NCBI GenBank assembly: GCA_046757065.1
Contig: JBHHXL010000001.1
Location: 1-59,713 of the forward strand
Direction of reading: 5' to 3'
Source of the DNA: Anaerolineae bacterium
GTDB taxonomy: Bacteria > Chloroflexota > Anaerolineae > 4572-78 > JBHHXL01
Length of the DNA stretch: 59,713 nucleotides
Shown: positions 1-9,536 of the stretch, in pieces
How positions within the stretch are numbered: the stretch's first letter is position 1
Layout: the number at the start of each line of letters is the position of its first letter
Program-made: the position numbers and the translations under genes
Notes under the pieces: model-generated
Database searches by the model: none
Told to the model about the DNA's origin: nothing
The model's input: only the letters and a program-made list of their open reading frames with translations

Positions 1-51
1 ACGGCTGTAGTTCCTGAAGTTTATCAGCGAAAGATGGGTGAGGTGCACAAC

Positions 52-1449
52 CTAGAATAACTCGGCGAAGTATGACCGCGCCGCCCGATCCACCAGATCA
101 CGAGTCATTTTCAGAGGTTCGCCCCGGTAGGTGGCGAAGTCGGCCAATTGGTCTAGCAAGTCACGAGGATGGCAGGCCTTCATCGGACGGCCCACTTCCA
201 GGTAGTAAGTGCGGAGCAGGTGAATAAAAGCATTTTTATCAAACTCGATGCCACGTTCCTGGCAGACAAGTCTGAAGATTTCGTAATATTGTTCCTTGGT
301 TGGGTTGCCAATGCCCAGCTTGTGCCGGATGCGCCGTAGGAAAGCATCGTCCACCAACGACTCCGGGTCCAGGTTGGTGGAAAAGACGATTAAGGTTTCA
401 AACGGAACGGCGAATTTCTTGCCGGTGTGGAACGTCAAAAAATCGAGGCGTTCTTCCAGAGGCACAATCCAGCGATTGAGCAAGTCCTTCGGCTCCATTT
501 GCTGGCGGCCAAAGTCATCGATGAGCAGCATACCGCCGTTGGCCTTGAGCTGAAACGGCGCTTCGTAGTAGCGGTTGGTGTCGCTCCAGGCCAGGTCCAG
601 GTCTTGCATCGTCAGTTCGCCGCCGGTGATGACGACCGGAGAGGCGCAACGCACCCAACGCTTATCGAGGCGGTTGGACTCGGCCAACTGAGCCTCTTCC
701 CCATCCACCGCTTCGTGCGTTTCGGCGTCATAGACCTTGATCACCTGCCCGTCTTCAAACAGGGCGTGCGGAACCATAACATTTCCCGGCAGCAGGCCAC
801 GACCAATGGCCTTGGCGATACTGGTTTTGCCGTTGCCGGGCGGCCCGTAAATGAAGAGCGATTTGTACGAATTTACCGCCGGGCCGATGCGATCGACGAT
901 CTCCTCCGATAACACCAGGCCCTCGGTCGCCCGCCGGACATCGGCCTCCCTGACCAGGTGCCGCTTCTGCCCGTAGAGTTTGATCACCTCGATGTAATGG
1001 CGCAGGGCCACCGGGCACGGGCCCACATAACGATTGCGCTCCAGCAACTCTCTGGCGCGCTCGCTGCCCTTGTCGGTGATGGTGTATTGGTAGGAAGCCC
1101 GGTTCAGGTTGCTGCCTCCGACCACCTGGATCAAATGCTGGCTCTTGAGTTCCATCAAGATGGGCTCGACCACGCCGCTAAAATGGAGCCGCATCGACTG
1201 GGCGATCTGCCAGCCCTCCATCGTCGAGGCAAAATAGAGGGTCTTCAGGGCCAGGTTGGCCAAAAACGAGGACGGAATCTGCGTGGCCTCGACAGTGCGC
1301 GGCTCTTCGAGCAGTTGCCACAACGAGCCGCTGAAATCGTCACCCGCAGCGGGCGGGGAAACCCGAGAGCGGGCCGGGAGGGGGGCGTCGCGGGGCTCCC
1401 GCCTCATCGAACGAAGCGATTTCAATCTAACGGACTGGGTATCGGTCAT
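52..1449 (-). CDS. AAA+ family ATPase, uncharacterised subfamily
   Basis: 465-aa ORF with ATG at 1449. Walker A GPPGNGKTS, Walker B-like GMLLIDDFG, Arg-rich C-terminal helical region. Last gene of the minus-strand run. Confidence 0.7.
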   Translation of the reverse strand: MTDTQSVRLKSLRSMRREPRDAPLPARSRVSPPAAGDDFSGSLWQLLEEPRTVEATQIPSSFLANLALKTLYFASTMEGWQIAQSMRLHFSGVVEPILMELKSQHLIQVVGGSNLNRASYQYTITDKGSERARELLERNRYVGPCPVALRHYIEVIKLYGQKRHLVREADVRRATEGLVLSEEIVDRIGPAVNSYKSLFIYGPPGNGKTSIAKAIGRGLLPGNVMVPHALFEDGQVIKVYDAETHEAVDGEEAQLAESNRLDKRWVRCASPVVITGGELTMQDLDLAWSDTNRYYEAPFQLKANGGMLLIDDFGRQQMEPKDLLNRWIVPLEERLDFLTFHTGKKFAVPFETLIVFSTNLDPESLVDDAFLRRIRHKLGIGNPTKEQYYEIFRLVCQERGIEFDKNAFIHLLRTYYLEVGRPMKACHPRDLLDQLADFATYRGEPLKMTRDLVDRAARSYFAELF

Positions 1450-1512
1450 TGTAGACCCTCAATGGCACAACTGATAGCGGATTATGGCTATAGCATAGCA
1501 CATTGTCCCCTT

Positions 1513-2523
1513 TTACACAAGACCAATATCGCTCATCCGCCGCAACTCGGCCAGCCGCGCCTCGGCCTGCCGGCGCGTGACCGCCAGGGCGTGCAGCCCG
1601 CCAAAGCCCTCGATGATGAATGAGGCCGAGACGGTGCCGTACAGGGCGGCCTCAAAGGGATCGCCGCTCAAAGCGTAGCCCACGCTGAATCCGCCGCAGA
1701 AACTATCGCCCGCCCCGGTCAGGTCTGTCACTTGAGCGGGGTAGGCCGGAACGCGCCGGCAGCGGTCGGTCTCCCGGTCGTAGACCGCCGCACCGCGTTC
1801 CCCCTCTTTGATGACGACGACCCTGGGTCCGCGCGCGGCCAGCTCGCGGCAGAGGGTTTCCGCCTCGTAATCGGGTTGCAGCGCCCGCGCCTCGATCTCG
1901 CTGGGCATAAAAACATCGATGTTGCTCAAGAGGCCCAACAGCCGGACGTCGTCCAGGTCCCCCTGCACGGCATAGGGCAAAATATCGACTGAGCGGACGA
2001 TCCGGGTGTGGGAGGCCAGGGCCTCAAGCCAGGTCTCGACCGTTTCGATGCGCATCGGGCACAGGTGGAGCGTGCGCGCCCCCCACAGGTCCGGTTGCAA
2101 ATCCTGCGGGCGGGGCGACATCCGCAGGTGAACCCGCCGGGCGGCTTCGTTGTAGGCCTGAATCTGGGCGGGCGTGGGGGGCGTGCTGCTGTACGGGCTG
2201 GGGGTCAGGGGCACCACCTCGCGGTTGCGCGAAAAGTAACGCCGGAAGCCGTCCGCCTCGTAGATCGTCCAGGCCCGGACCGTCTCGGCCTCCAGCGAGA
2301 TCAGGCCGCGCGTGTCGATGCCGCCGTCGATCAGGGCCTCGGTGTAGCCGGGAGGCCAGTCGTATCCAACCACGGCCACGATGCCCACGGCCTCGCTCCA
2401 GATGCGGGCGGCCACAGCAGCGTAGAGGGCGTTGCCGCCCGGCGCAGCCATACTGGTGCGGCCATCGGCGTAGACGGTGTCGTTCAGCGCCAGGGAGCCC
2501 ACGCAAAGATGAGCAGGGATCAA
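1513..2523 (-). CDS. PfkB/ribokinase-family carbohydrate or nucleoside kinase
   Basis: 336 aa. C-terminal PfkB signature DLTGAGDSFCGGF. TTG start overlaps the upstream stop (TTGA), suggesting translational coupling. Confidence 0.8.
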   Translation of the reverse strand: MIPAHLCVGSLALNDTVYADGRTSMAAPGGNALYAAVAARIWSEAVGIVAVVGYDWPPGYTEALIDGGIDTRGLISLEAETVRAWTIYEADGFRRYFSRNREVVPLTPSPYSSTPPTPAQIQAYNEAARRVHLRMSPRPQDLQPDLWGARTLHLCPMRIETVETWLEALASHTRIVRSVDILPYAVQGDLDDVRLLGLLSNIDVFMPSEIEARALQPDYEAETLCRELAARGPRVVVIKEGERGAAVYDRETDRCRRVPAYPAQVTDLTGAGDSFCGGFSVGYALSGDPFEAALYGTVSASFIIEGFGGLHALAVTRRQAEARLAELRRMSDIGLV

Positions 2524-3305
2524 GATGCTACCCCTCCGGGCGCGCGGCAGATGACGGCGAAAACACGGTGGGGCACGGCCAGTGGATCGGCGGGGAAGCG
2601 TTCTGCCAGAAGGTGCTTCAGATCGGCGTCAAACCTGGCGACCTGCTCCGGCGAGAGGCTGGCCGCCACCCCGGCGCTGGCCCGGATGCGCCCTCGCCAG
2701 GCCTGGTGGCTGTAGGGCGCGGCCACGTCGAAGGAGAAGGTTTCGATGTCTAGAAACCCGGCCACGGCCACATCGCGCAGCCAGGCCGGATACAAGCCGC
2801 TGCCGCCGCCCAGGTTCCAGGCCGGGTTGTGCTGCCTGATCAATTGCTCGGTCGCCTCGACGACGTTGCCGGGCAGCGGAAGCCAGTCAAAGTGGGCGAT
2901 GGCCAGCCGTCCGCCGGGCACGAGCAGGCGGCGCACCTCCCGCGCGGCCCGGGGCCGGTCGAACCAGTGCCAGCACTGCCCGGCGGTGACCACGTCGAAA
3001 CCGCCGCCGGGCAGTCCGGTTTCCTCGGCAATGGCCCGGACGTAGCGGATGTCAACCTCCGCCCGGCCATCGAGCCGCCGCGCCTCTGCCAGCAGGGCCG
3101 GGGCGGGATCGACCGCCGTCACCCGGCAGCCGCGCCGGGCGAACCCCCGGGCCAGGCTGCCCGTGCCGGTGCCCAGGTCCAGAAGTCGCTGGCCGGGCAG
3201 CCCCAGGCCGTAGCCCGCTACACGGTCAAAGAAGGCCTGGGGAAACCCGGCCCGGTAGCGGCCGTAGTCTTCCGCCGTCCGGCCAAAGTCGATGCTCGTT
3301 GTCAT
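2520..3305 (-). CDS. Class I SAM-dependent methyltransferase
   Basis: 261 aa. SAM-binding motif I LLDLGTGTGSLARGFARRG followed by VTAVDP. Confidence 0.8.
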   Translation of the reverse strand: MTTSIDFGRTAEDYGRYRAGFPQAFFDRVAGYGLGLPGQRLLDLGTGTGSLARGFARRGCRVTAVDPAPALLAEARRLDGRAEVDIRYVRAIAEETGLPGGGFDVVTAGQCWHWFDRPRAAREVRRLLVPGGRLAIAHFDWLPLPGNVVEATEQLIRQHNPAWNLGGGSGLYPAWLRDVAVAGFLDIETFSFDVAAPYSHQAWRGRIRASAGVAASLSPEQVARFDADLKHLLAERFPADPLAVPHRVFAVICRAPGGVAS

Positions 3306-3511
3306 TAGGCTATTCCCCCCAGGTGAGGTTAGGTTCTGTTGACATTTTGATTTGCGCCGCAGGTTGGCGCGACTGAAGTCGCTGCTACAGGGCCGTTGGC
3401 CGCAAAGTCCGCCTGCGCGGACTAGATCCTACCGTCCACGTAGGTGGACGGCCGGCGGAACGCCCTTCAGGTGCGATTTCAATCGCTTAATTCTTGAAAT
3501 GTCAACAGACC

Positions 3512-4294
3512 CTAGTACATCGCGATCCCGGCCGACACGTTCAGGTCCTCGCCGGTGGTTGAACCGGCCAGGTCGGACGCCAGAAAGACGGCAGCGTTGG
3601 CCACATCGGCGCCGGGCACAAACCGCTCGAGCGGTGAAGCGGCGGCCAGCCGCTGCCGGGCCGCCTCAACGCTAATGCCCTCCTTCTCCGCCTGCATTTG
3701 AAAGACCCAATCCAGGCGCGCCCCCGCCACGGGGCCGGGCGAGATAACGTTGACCCGCACCCCGTATGGTCCCGTTTCCCAGGCCAGCGTTCTGGCCAGA
3801 CCAACCAGAGCCAGCTTGGAGGCGGCGTAGGGCGTGCGGTTGAGCAGCGGTCGCTTGCCGGTCATTGAGCCGATGATGATGACCGAGCCGGAGCGGCGGG
3901 AGACCATCGACGGCAGGAAAGCGCGGCAGCACAAAAAGACGCCGGTGACGTTGACGGCGAAAGTTTCCTGCCAGTCGGCCAGATCGATCTCCCACAAGGG
4001 CGCGGCGGGGCCGCCAACACCGCTGTTGTTGACCAGGACATCGACCCGGCCAAAATGGTCCAGCACCCGTTCGGCGCAGCGTTGGACGCTGGCCGGGTCC
4101 GAGACATCGGTCGGCACGGCCAACGCCTGCCGGCCCAACGCCTCAATCTCGGCCCGGGTTTCTTGCAGCGGGGCCTCCGACCGCGCCGCCAGGACGACGT
4201 CGGCCCCGGCGTTGGCGCAGGCCAATGAAATCTCGCGGCCGATGCCGCGCCCGCCCCCGGTGACGACGGCCACTTTGTTTTCAAGTAATTGCAT
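3512..4294 (-). CDS. Short-chain dehydrogenase/reductase (SDR)
   Basis: VAVVTGGGRGIGREI cofactor motif, NNSG, and YAASK catalytic Tyr/Lys. I prefer the ATG at 4294 (MQLLENK), which has a GGGAGG upstream, over the track start at 4315. Confidence 0.85.
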   Translation of the reverse strand: MQLLENKVAVVTGGGRGIGREISLACANAGADVVLAARSEAPLQETRAEIEALGRQALAVPTDVSDPASVQRCAERVLDHFGRVDVLVNNSGVGGPAAPLWEIDLADWQETFAVNVTGVFLCCRAFLPSMVSRRSGSVIIIGSMTGKRPLLNRTPYAASKLALVGLARTLAWETGPYGVRVNVISPGPVAGARLDWVFQMQAEKEGISVEAARQRLAAASPLERFVPGADVANAAVFLASDLAGSTTGEDLNVSAGIAMY

Positions 4295-4295
4295 A

Positions 4296-4775
4296 TCAGG
4301 CTCCCGACCTCCCAATCTTCTCAGCCGCCAACTGCACGGCCTGCACTATTTTGACATAGCTGCCGCAGCGACACAAATTTCCGGCCAGATATTCGCAAAT
4401 TTCCTCCGGCGTTGGGTTGGGGTTTTCGGCCAGCAAGGCTTGCGCTGTCAGGAGCATCCCCGGCGTGCAGTAGCTGCATTGAAACCCCATCTTCTCCACA
4501 AATGCCGCCTGGATTGGATGCAGCCCTGCCTCGGATGCCAGGCCCTCCACCGTGGTGATGCGCCGCCCCGCGGCCAGCGGGGCCAGCAGCAGGCAGGCCG
4601 ACAGCGGCCGGCCATCGAGCAGCACGGTGCAGGCCCCGCACAGGCCGAGGCCGCACGTCTGGCGGGCGCCGCGCAGGCCAAGCTCGCGCCGCAGGATTTC
4701 CAGCAACGTCTCGTGTGGTTCGACGTCGAGGCGGTGCGCCTCACCGTTGACGTGGAGGGTGATGGTTCGTTTCAC
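4296..4775 (-). CDS. [2Fe-2S]-binding small subunit of a xanthine dehydrogenase/aldehyde oxidase-family molybdenum hydroxylase
   Basis: 159 aa with two Cys clusters, CGLGLCGACTV and CSYCTPGM...CRCG. GTG start overlaps the large-subunit stop (GTGA). Confidence 0.85.
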   Translation of the reverse strand: MKRTITLHVNGEAHRLDVEPHETLLEILRRELGLRGARQTCGLGLCGACTVLLDGRPLSACLLLAPLAAGRRITTVEGLASEAGLHPIQAAFVEKMGFQCSYCTPGMLLTAQALLAENPNPTPEEICEYLAGNLCRCGSYVKIVQAVQLAAEKIGRSGA

Positions 4776-7078
4776 GCGGCCTCCCCGGCAGGGTCGATTT
4801 GCTTCAGGGCGCGCAGGATTTTTTCGGGGGTCAGGGGCAGATCATAGATGCGAATGCCCAGGGCATCGGCCAGGGCGTTGCCCACCGCCGCCGGGATCAG
4901 GGGCAGGGCCGTTTCGCCCAGGCCGTGCACCTCCGCGCCCGGCCGCTCGATGAGGGAACAGGTTAGCTCCGAGGGCACGTCAAGAAAGGAAGGCAACATA
5001 TAATCCGACAGGTTGCCGTTTCCGACCTGGCCATCGCTAAACAGGATTTCTTCGAACAGGGCGCTGCCCAGGCCCATAATGGCGCCGCCCTCCGTCTGCA
5101 GCTCGGCGGTGAAGCGGTTGACCACCCGCCCGGCGTAGACCACCGGCCGGCAGCGCAGCAGGCGCAGCAACCCCGTCTCGGTATCGACCTCGATTTCTAC
5201 GCCGACCGCGCCCTGGTGCCAGTGGGATGAGGCGATGCCCCGCCCCGTGTCGGGGTCCAGGCCGCCCTGGTTTTCGTGCCGGCCCTCTCCCCGTAGCCGG
5301 GCCTGCCCGCTGTGCTGCACAACCTCGGCCAGACCGAGGCCCCGGTCCGGCGAGCCGGCGACATAGACCCGGCCTTTCTCCAGCACCAGGTCGGCGGGGT
5401 CCGCTTCGAGCATTTCGCCCGCCAGGTCGAGGACCTGCCGCCGCACCTCCCGGCCCGCCCGGCCCACGGCGTGGCTCATCATATAGGTGGACCGGCTGGA
5501 GGTGGTGCGATTGTCGTAGGGCGTGGCAGCGGTGTCGGGGTCGGCCAGGCGGACGGTCTGGTAGGGCACGTTCAGGGCCTCCGCCGCAAACTGAGCCAGA
5601 ACGGTGCGCGCTCCCTGGCCCATATCGATGGTTGCGGCCCGGACCGTAATCTGTCCCTGGCGGTCGATCTCCACGGCTGCCTCCGAGCGGCTGGGGGTGG
5701 TCATCCCTTTTAAGAGAACGGCCAGCCCTTTGCCGCGCACCCGTGGCCCGGCATCCTTTAGGGACGGTTCCGCGCCGCCCGGCCCCCAGTCGATGGCCGC
5801 TGCCGCCTCCGCCAGACATTGCGAGAAGGCCACGTCACGCATCCGCTCTCCGGTGGCAAAGCGGTCGTTCTCTTGCAGCAGGTTTTTTTGCCGGAAGGCC
5901 AGCGGGTCCAGGCCCAGCGCCCGGGCCGCCTCATCCATCATACATTCCGAGGCCCAGACCACCTGGGTGACCGCGTAGCCGCGAAACGCGCCGTTGGGCG
6001 GCAGGTTGGTGTAGACGCAGTAGGAATCGACGCTGACGTGGGGAATGCGGTAGGGGCCAACCGAGGCGTACCCCCCCTTCTGGGCTACGCCGGGGCCGGA
6101 GTCGGCGTAAGCGCCCGTGCCCCAATAGGCTTCGACCTGTTTGGCGACCAGCAGCCCCTCGCCGGAGACGCCCAGCTTGAGGGTCACGGTTGCCGGATGG
6201 CGGTTGAGCGTTAAGAATTCCTCGTCGCGCTCCAGGGCGATGCGCACCGGGCGGCCTGTTTTGCGAGCCAGCGCGGCTGCAACCGGCTCCAGGCGCGGGA
6301 AGACCTTGGCCCCGAACCCGCCGCCGAGCGCGGGCACCACCACGCTCACCTGGCCGGGCGGCATTTGAAATATTTCTGCCAGCACGTCGCGCACGTTGAA
6401 CGGAGACTGGGTGCCGGTGTAAACCACCAGCTCCTCCCCTTCAAAGACGGCCAGCGAAGCGTGCGGCTCCATCGTCACATGTTGGGCGGCGGGCGCGCGG
6501 AAGGTTCGCTCGAAAACGTGGTCAGCCTGGGCGAAGCCGCGTTCAACATCGCCCTGGCGCAGGCGGTAGTGGTGGCAGATATTGGTTCCGATCCGTGGCC
6601 GCATCCCAAAATAGGCCTGGGTTCCTACCCAGCCGGCGGTCAGATCGTGCACTTTTGGAGCGCCGGGTTGGGCAGCCTCGACCTCGTCGTAGACCGCCGG
6701 CAGCGGCTCATAGGCCACGTCGATCCGGGTCAGGGCCTCGGCGGCAGTCTCCGGGTCGACGGCGGCCACGGCGGCCACCGGGTCTCCGACGTACCGCACC
6801 CGGTCCAGGGCTACGAGCGGCTGGTCTTTGATCTGCGGGCCGTAGATCGGGTTGAGGCCCGGATCGGCGGCCAGATCGGGCCCGGTGATGACCGCCGCCA
6901 CGCCGGGCAGCGCTTCGGCGGCGTGGGCGTCGATGTGGCTGATCCGGGCGTGGGGGTAGAGGCTGCGCAGGATTTTGCCGTGCAGCATCCCGGGCAGGCC
7001 GATGTCTTCGCTGAAGACGATCTCGGCTGTGACTCGCTGCCGGGCATCGACCATCGGAACGCGGTTGCTTGCCTTCAT
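4772..7078 (-). CDS. Molybdopterin-binding large subunit of an XDH/aldehyde oxidase-family hydroxylase; substrate unknown
   Basis: 768 aa. Family-typical GGGFGAK, AFRGY, and a C-terminal GLGE(T)A segment. Confidence 0.85.
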   Translation of the reverse strand: MKASNRVPMVDARQRVTAEIVFSEDIGLPGMLHGKILRSLYPHARISHIDAHAAEALPGVAAVITGPDLAADPGLNPIYGPQIKDQPLVALDRVRYVGDPVAAVAAVDPETAAEALTRIDVAYEPLPAVYDEVEAAQPGAPKVHDLTAGWVGTQAYFGMRPRIGTNICHHYRLRQGDVERGFAQADHVFERTFRAPAAQHVTMEPHASLAVFEGEELVVYTGTQSPFNVRDVLAEIFQMPPGQVSVVVPALGGGFGAKVFPRLEPVAAALARKTGRPVRIALERDEEFLTLNRHPATVTLKLGVSGEGLLVAKQVEAYWGTGAYADSGPGVAQKGGYASVGPYRIPHVSVDSYCVYTNLPPNGAFRGYAVTQVVWASECMMDEAARALGLDPLAFRQKNLLQENDRFATGERMRDVAFSQCLAEAAAAIDWGPGGAEPSLKDAGPRVRGKGLAVLLKGMTTPSRSEAAVEIDRQGQITVRAATIDMGQGARTVLAQFAAEALNVPYQTVRLADPDTAATPYDNRTTSSRSTYMMSHAVGRAGREVRRQVLDLAGEMLEADPADLVLEKGRVYVAGSPDRGLGLAEVVQHSGQARLRGEGRHENQGGLDPDTGRGIASSHWHQGAVGVEIEVDTETGLLRLLRCRPVVYAGRVVNRFTAELQTEGGAIMGLGSALFEEILFSDGQVGNGNLSDYMLPSFLDVPSELTCSLIERPGAEVHGLGETALPLIPAAVGNALADALGIRIYDLPLTPEKILRALKQIDPAGEAA

Positions 7079-7089
7079 CCGCCAACTTC

Positions 7090-7947
7090 TCAGGCCGCGA
7101 GGGCGCGCAACGCCCGCCGCACCAGCACTTCGGTCACCTGACGCCGGTACCAGGCCGAGCCGCGCAAATCGTCGATGGACTCGATCCGGCTGGCGTAACG
7201 GGCAGCGATTTGGTCGATCAGAGGTTGGCCCAGTCGCCTGCCCCGGGCCACATCCGTGACCTCGTCAAACGTCTGCGGAGTTTCCGCCGCCGCCCCAACC
7301 ACGACCCGCAAATCCTGGCAGTCGCCGGCGTCATCGAGCCTCAGGCGGGCGGCCACGCTGACACAGGGACGGTCCTCGCTCGACCGGGTTTTGAATTTGA
7401 GGTAAACGGCCCGCGCGCCGGGGGCGGGCGGCGGTACGGTGACGCGCATCAACAATTCGTCCGGGCGTCGCCGGGTCTGGTAATGCCCGGTGATGAAGTC
7501 GCGCACCGGGAGCCGCCGCTCGCCCCGGACGCTTAACAAATGAACGCCGGCCTGGAGGGCGATCAGCGCCGCCTGCGGGTCCGAGGCGTAATCGGCAGCG
7601 ACCAGGTTCCCGCCGACGGTGGCCTGGTTGCGGACCCGCACGTTGGCCACTTTGGCATAGGTCTGCGCCAGGAGCGGGTAATGCTCCTGCACCAGGGGGC
7701 TGGTCTCGACGGCCCGGTGGGTGACCATCGCCCCCAACGTCAGCCCGGCCTCGGGGTCGAATTGCAGGCGATGGAGTTCGGGGATGCGCTGCAGGCTGAC
7801 CAGATAGCGCGCGCCGACCAGCCCCAGCTTGAGGGCAATGGTCAGGAAAGCCCCGCCGGCGATTAGCTGGGCCTCCTCTCCGTGTTGGTTCAAAACGTCC
7901 AGCACCTCAGGCAAGGTGGTTGGTTCCAACAATTCGTAATCAAACAT
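7090..7947 (-). CDS. FAD-binding medium subunit (CoxM/XdhB-like) of the molybdenum hydroxylase
   Basis: Starts MFDYELLEPTTLPEVLDVL, with AGG..L and TVGGNL FAD motifs. I trimmed to the internal ATG at 7947, because the Arg/Trp-rich extension to 8112 overlaps the GntR gene. Confidence 0.8.
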   Translation of the reverse strand: MFDYELLEPTTLPEVLDVLNQHGEEAQLIAGGAFLTIALKLGLVGARYLVSLQRIPELHRLQFDPEAGLTLGAMVTHRAVETSPLVQEHYPLLAQTYAKVANVRVRNQATVGGNLVAADYASDPQAALIALQAGVHLLSVRGERRLPVRDFITGHYQTRRRPDELLMRVTVPPPAPGARAVYLKFKTRSSEDRPCVSVAARLRLDDAGDCQDLRVVVGAAAETPQTFDEVTDVARGRRLGQPLIDQIAARYASRIESIDDLRGSAWYRRQVTEVLVRRALRALAA

Positions 7948-8614
7948 CGGTTTCCGGCGGCTTTCCCAACTCCTCGATGTGGCGCTGCATCGCCCCCGCC
8001 GCCTCATCCGGATCGCCGCCGGCCAGCGCCTGGAGCAGCTCCTCGTGCCGGGTGGCCAGATACTCCAGGTCCATACCGGAAATGCGGGTGGTGGCAATCG
8101 TCCAGTAGCCAAAGCGCAAAGTTGACCAAAGCTGGTGCAGCAATTTGTTGCCTGAGATGAGCATAATGGTTTCGTGAAACTTGTTGTCCAGCCGGGCCAT
8201 CTCGTTGCCGTCCCCGCGCCGGGCGGCCTCGATCATCCGGTCCAGGATTTCGCGCAGCCTTTGCGCGCTCTCCGCCGTCATACGCCCGGCGGCTGTGCGA
8301 GCGGCCAACGCCTCCAGGGCGGCCCGGACGGTGTAGACCTCGTACAACTCCTCCGCCGAAAAGGAGTGGACAAAGGTGCCCTTGTAAGGCTGGGTCTTCA
8401 AAAAGCCAAGCAAGGTCAGGTCGCGCACGGCCTCACGCACCGGGGCCTGGCTGACGCCAAGCTCGCGGGCCAGGGCGCTCTCCACAACCTGCTGGCCGGG
8501 TTTCCATTCCCCATCGAGGATGCGCTCAACGATGAATTCCTTGATCTGCTCGCTGAGGGCCACGCGAGACAGCACGTTGCGGGGTTCTTTGGCATCGGGG
8601 TCTGACTCTGCCAC
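7940..8614 (-). CDS. GntR-family transcriptional regulator with FCD-type C-terminal domain
   Basis: N-terminal wHTH ESALARELGVSQAPVREAVRDL and a helical FCD-like C-terminus. GTG at 8614 is preceded by AGGAGG. The stop overlaps the start of the FAD subunit. Confidence 0.75.
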   Translation of the reverse strand: MAESDPDAKEPRNVLSRVALSEQIKEFIVERILDGEWKPGQQVVESALARELGVSQAPVREAVRDLTLLGFLKTQPYKGTFVHSFSAEELYEVYTVRAALEALAARTAAGRMTAESAQRLREILDRMIEAARRGDGNEMARLDNKFHETIMLISGNKLLHQLWSTLRFGYWTIATTRISGMDLEYLATRHEELLQALAGGDPDEAAGAMQRHIEELGKPPETDV

Positions 8615-8657
8615 CTGGATGTATCCTCCTACGAAAATAGGGCTCTGTGAGGAAGTA

Positions 8658-9536
8658 CTAAAGCAATCGCTCCAATTCGTCAAATAAAAGCTGCGGGTTT
8701 TTGGCCCGGATCAGGTAATAGGGCCGGCGGGCGAAGCGGTGACAAAAATCGGCGCGCCTGGCCCGCAAGGCGTCGTTGTCAATGTTCGGCATCGGCAGGC
8801 CGGGGGCCAGCAACTCGTGCAGGCCAAAGTAGTTCATCAACGAGTGGTAGGTCTGATACTCCCGCTCGAAGGGGATCATTTCGACCACGGCCGTATCAAA
8901 GTTGCCGTCAATCGAGGGCACGATGACCAGGTCTACGTCGCCTGGCTGGTCATAATTGACAAATTCAGGCACGTCGTCGAAGAATTTAGCCACGCCCTGG
9001 TCCTGGTTGGGCTTATCGGCGCGCTCGGTGCCTTTGGCCCGCAAGCGCAGAAAAACGTTCTTGGAGCCCGTCACGGCCCAGCCGCGCTCGTCGACCACCG
9101 TCGTTTCGGTGGAGACGACCCGCCCGCCGCGCCGGGAGCCTTCGATCTGGGACATCGTCTTGCCGTGGTTGGACTCTCCGCCCAGGAACATGATAGTCCG
9201 CCCGCGATAGCGGATGGCCGAGGCGTGGAACGGGTGCAGGCCGGTCGCTTCCAGCCGCAGGGCCAGCATCGATACCAGCACCTTTTGCAGCTCCCCCTGG
9301 AACCAGTCGCCTTGCAACGCCAACCGGCTGTCCTCAAAGCGGATGGCCTTCCGGCCCTCCTGCTGCCAGACAATATCCGGCTCCGGGCGGGTCACGGACG
9401 GCTCCAGGCGCACCTCCGCCAGCCGATAGTCCAAAAAGGTCATCTCGTCCAGCACGTGCAGAACGGGCTGTGCACCGTAAATGTCGACGCGGAGCCGGAC
9501 CGGGCCGCAAGATAACTCTTCGGAAAGTTGCAGCAT
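8658..9536 (-). CDS. HPr kinase (HprK) C-terminal-like P-loop protein
   Basis: 292 aa. P-loop-like FLGGESNHGKTMS in an HprK-like context. No other recognisable domain. Confidence 0.5.
   Translation of the reverse strand: MLQLSEELSCGPVRLRVDIYGAQPVLHVLDEMTFLDYRLAEVRLEPSVTRPEPDIVWQQEGRKAIRFEDSRLALQGDWFQGELQKVLVSMLALRLEATGLHPFHASAIRYRGRTIMFLGGESNHGKTMSQIEGSRRGGRVVSTETTVVDERGWAVTGSKNVFLRLRAKGTERADKPNQDQGVAKFFDDVPEFVNYDQPGDVDLVIVPSIDGNFDTAVVEMIPFEREYQTYHSLMNYFGLHELLAPGLPMPNIDNDALRARRADFCHRFARRPYYLIRAKNPQLLFDELERLL

Noticed and set aside
4296-7947. Annotating the Mo-hydroxylase as aerobic CO dehydrogenase (CoxMSL) or as 4-hydroxybenzoyl-CoA reductase (with the Pps-like genes as phenylphosphate synthase)
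   Set aside because: The gene order is FAD-Mo-FeS rather than coxMSL, and I could not see the CO-DH active-site loop. The FAD subunit shows no extra Fe-S insertion, and no phenylphosphate carboxylase, CoA ligase or PpsC-like gene is adjacent. I kept it only as an analogy, not a call.
7948-8112. Upstream extensions of track ORFs (FAD subunit to 8112, galE to 17104, trkA to 34129, anti-sigma to 40571, TlpA-like to 49704, S2P to 38815)
   Set aside because: Each extension overlaps the preceding gene or lacks an RBS, while internal starts align with family-typical N-termini and Shine-Dalgarno motifs.
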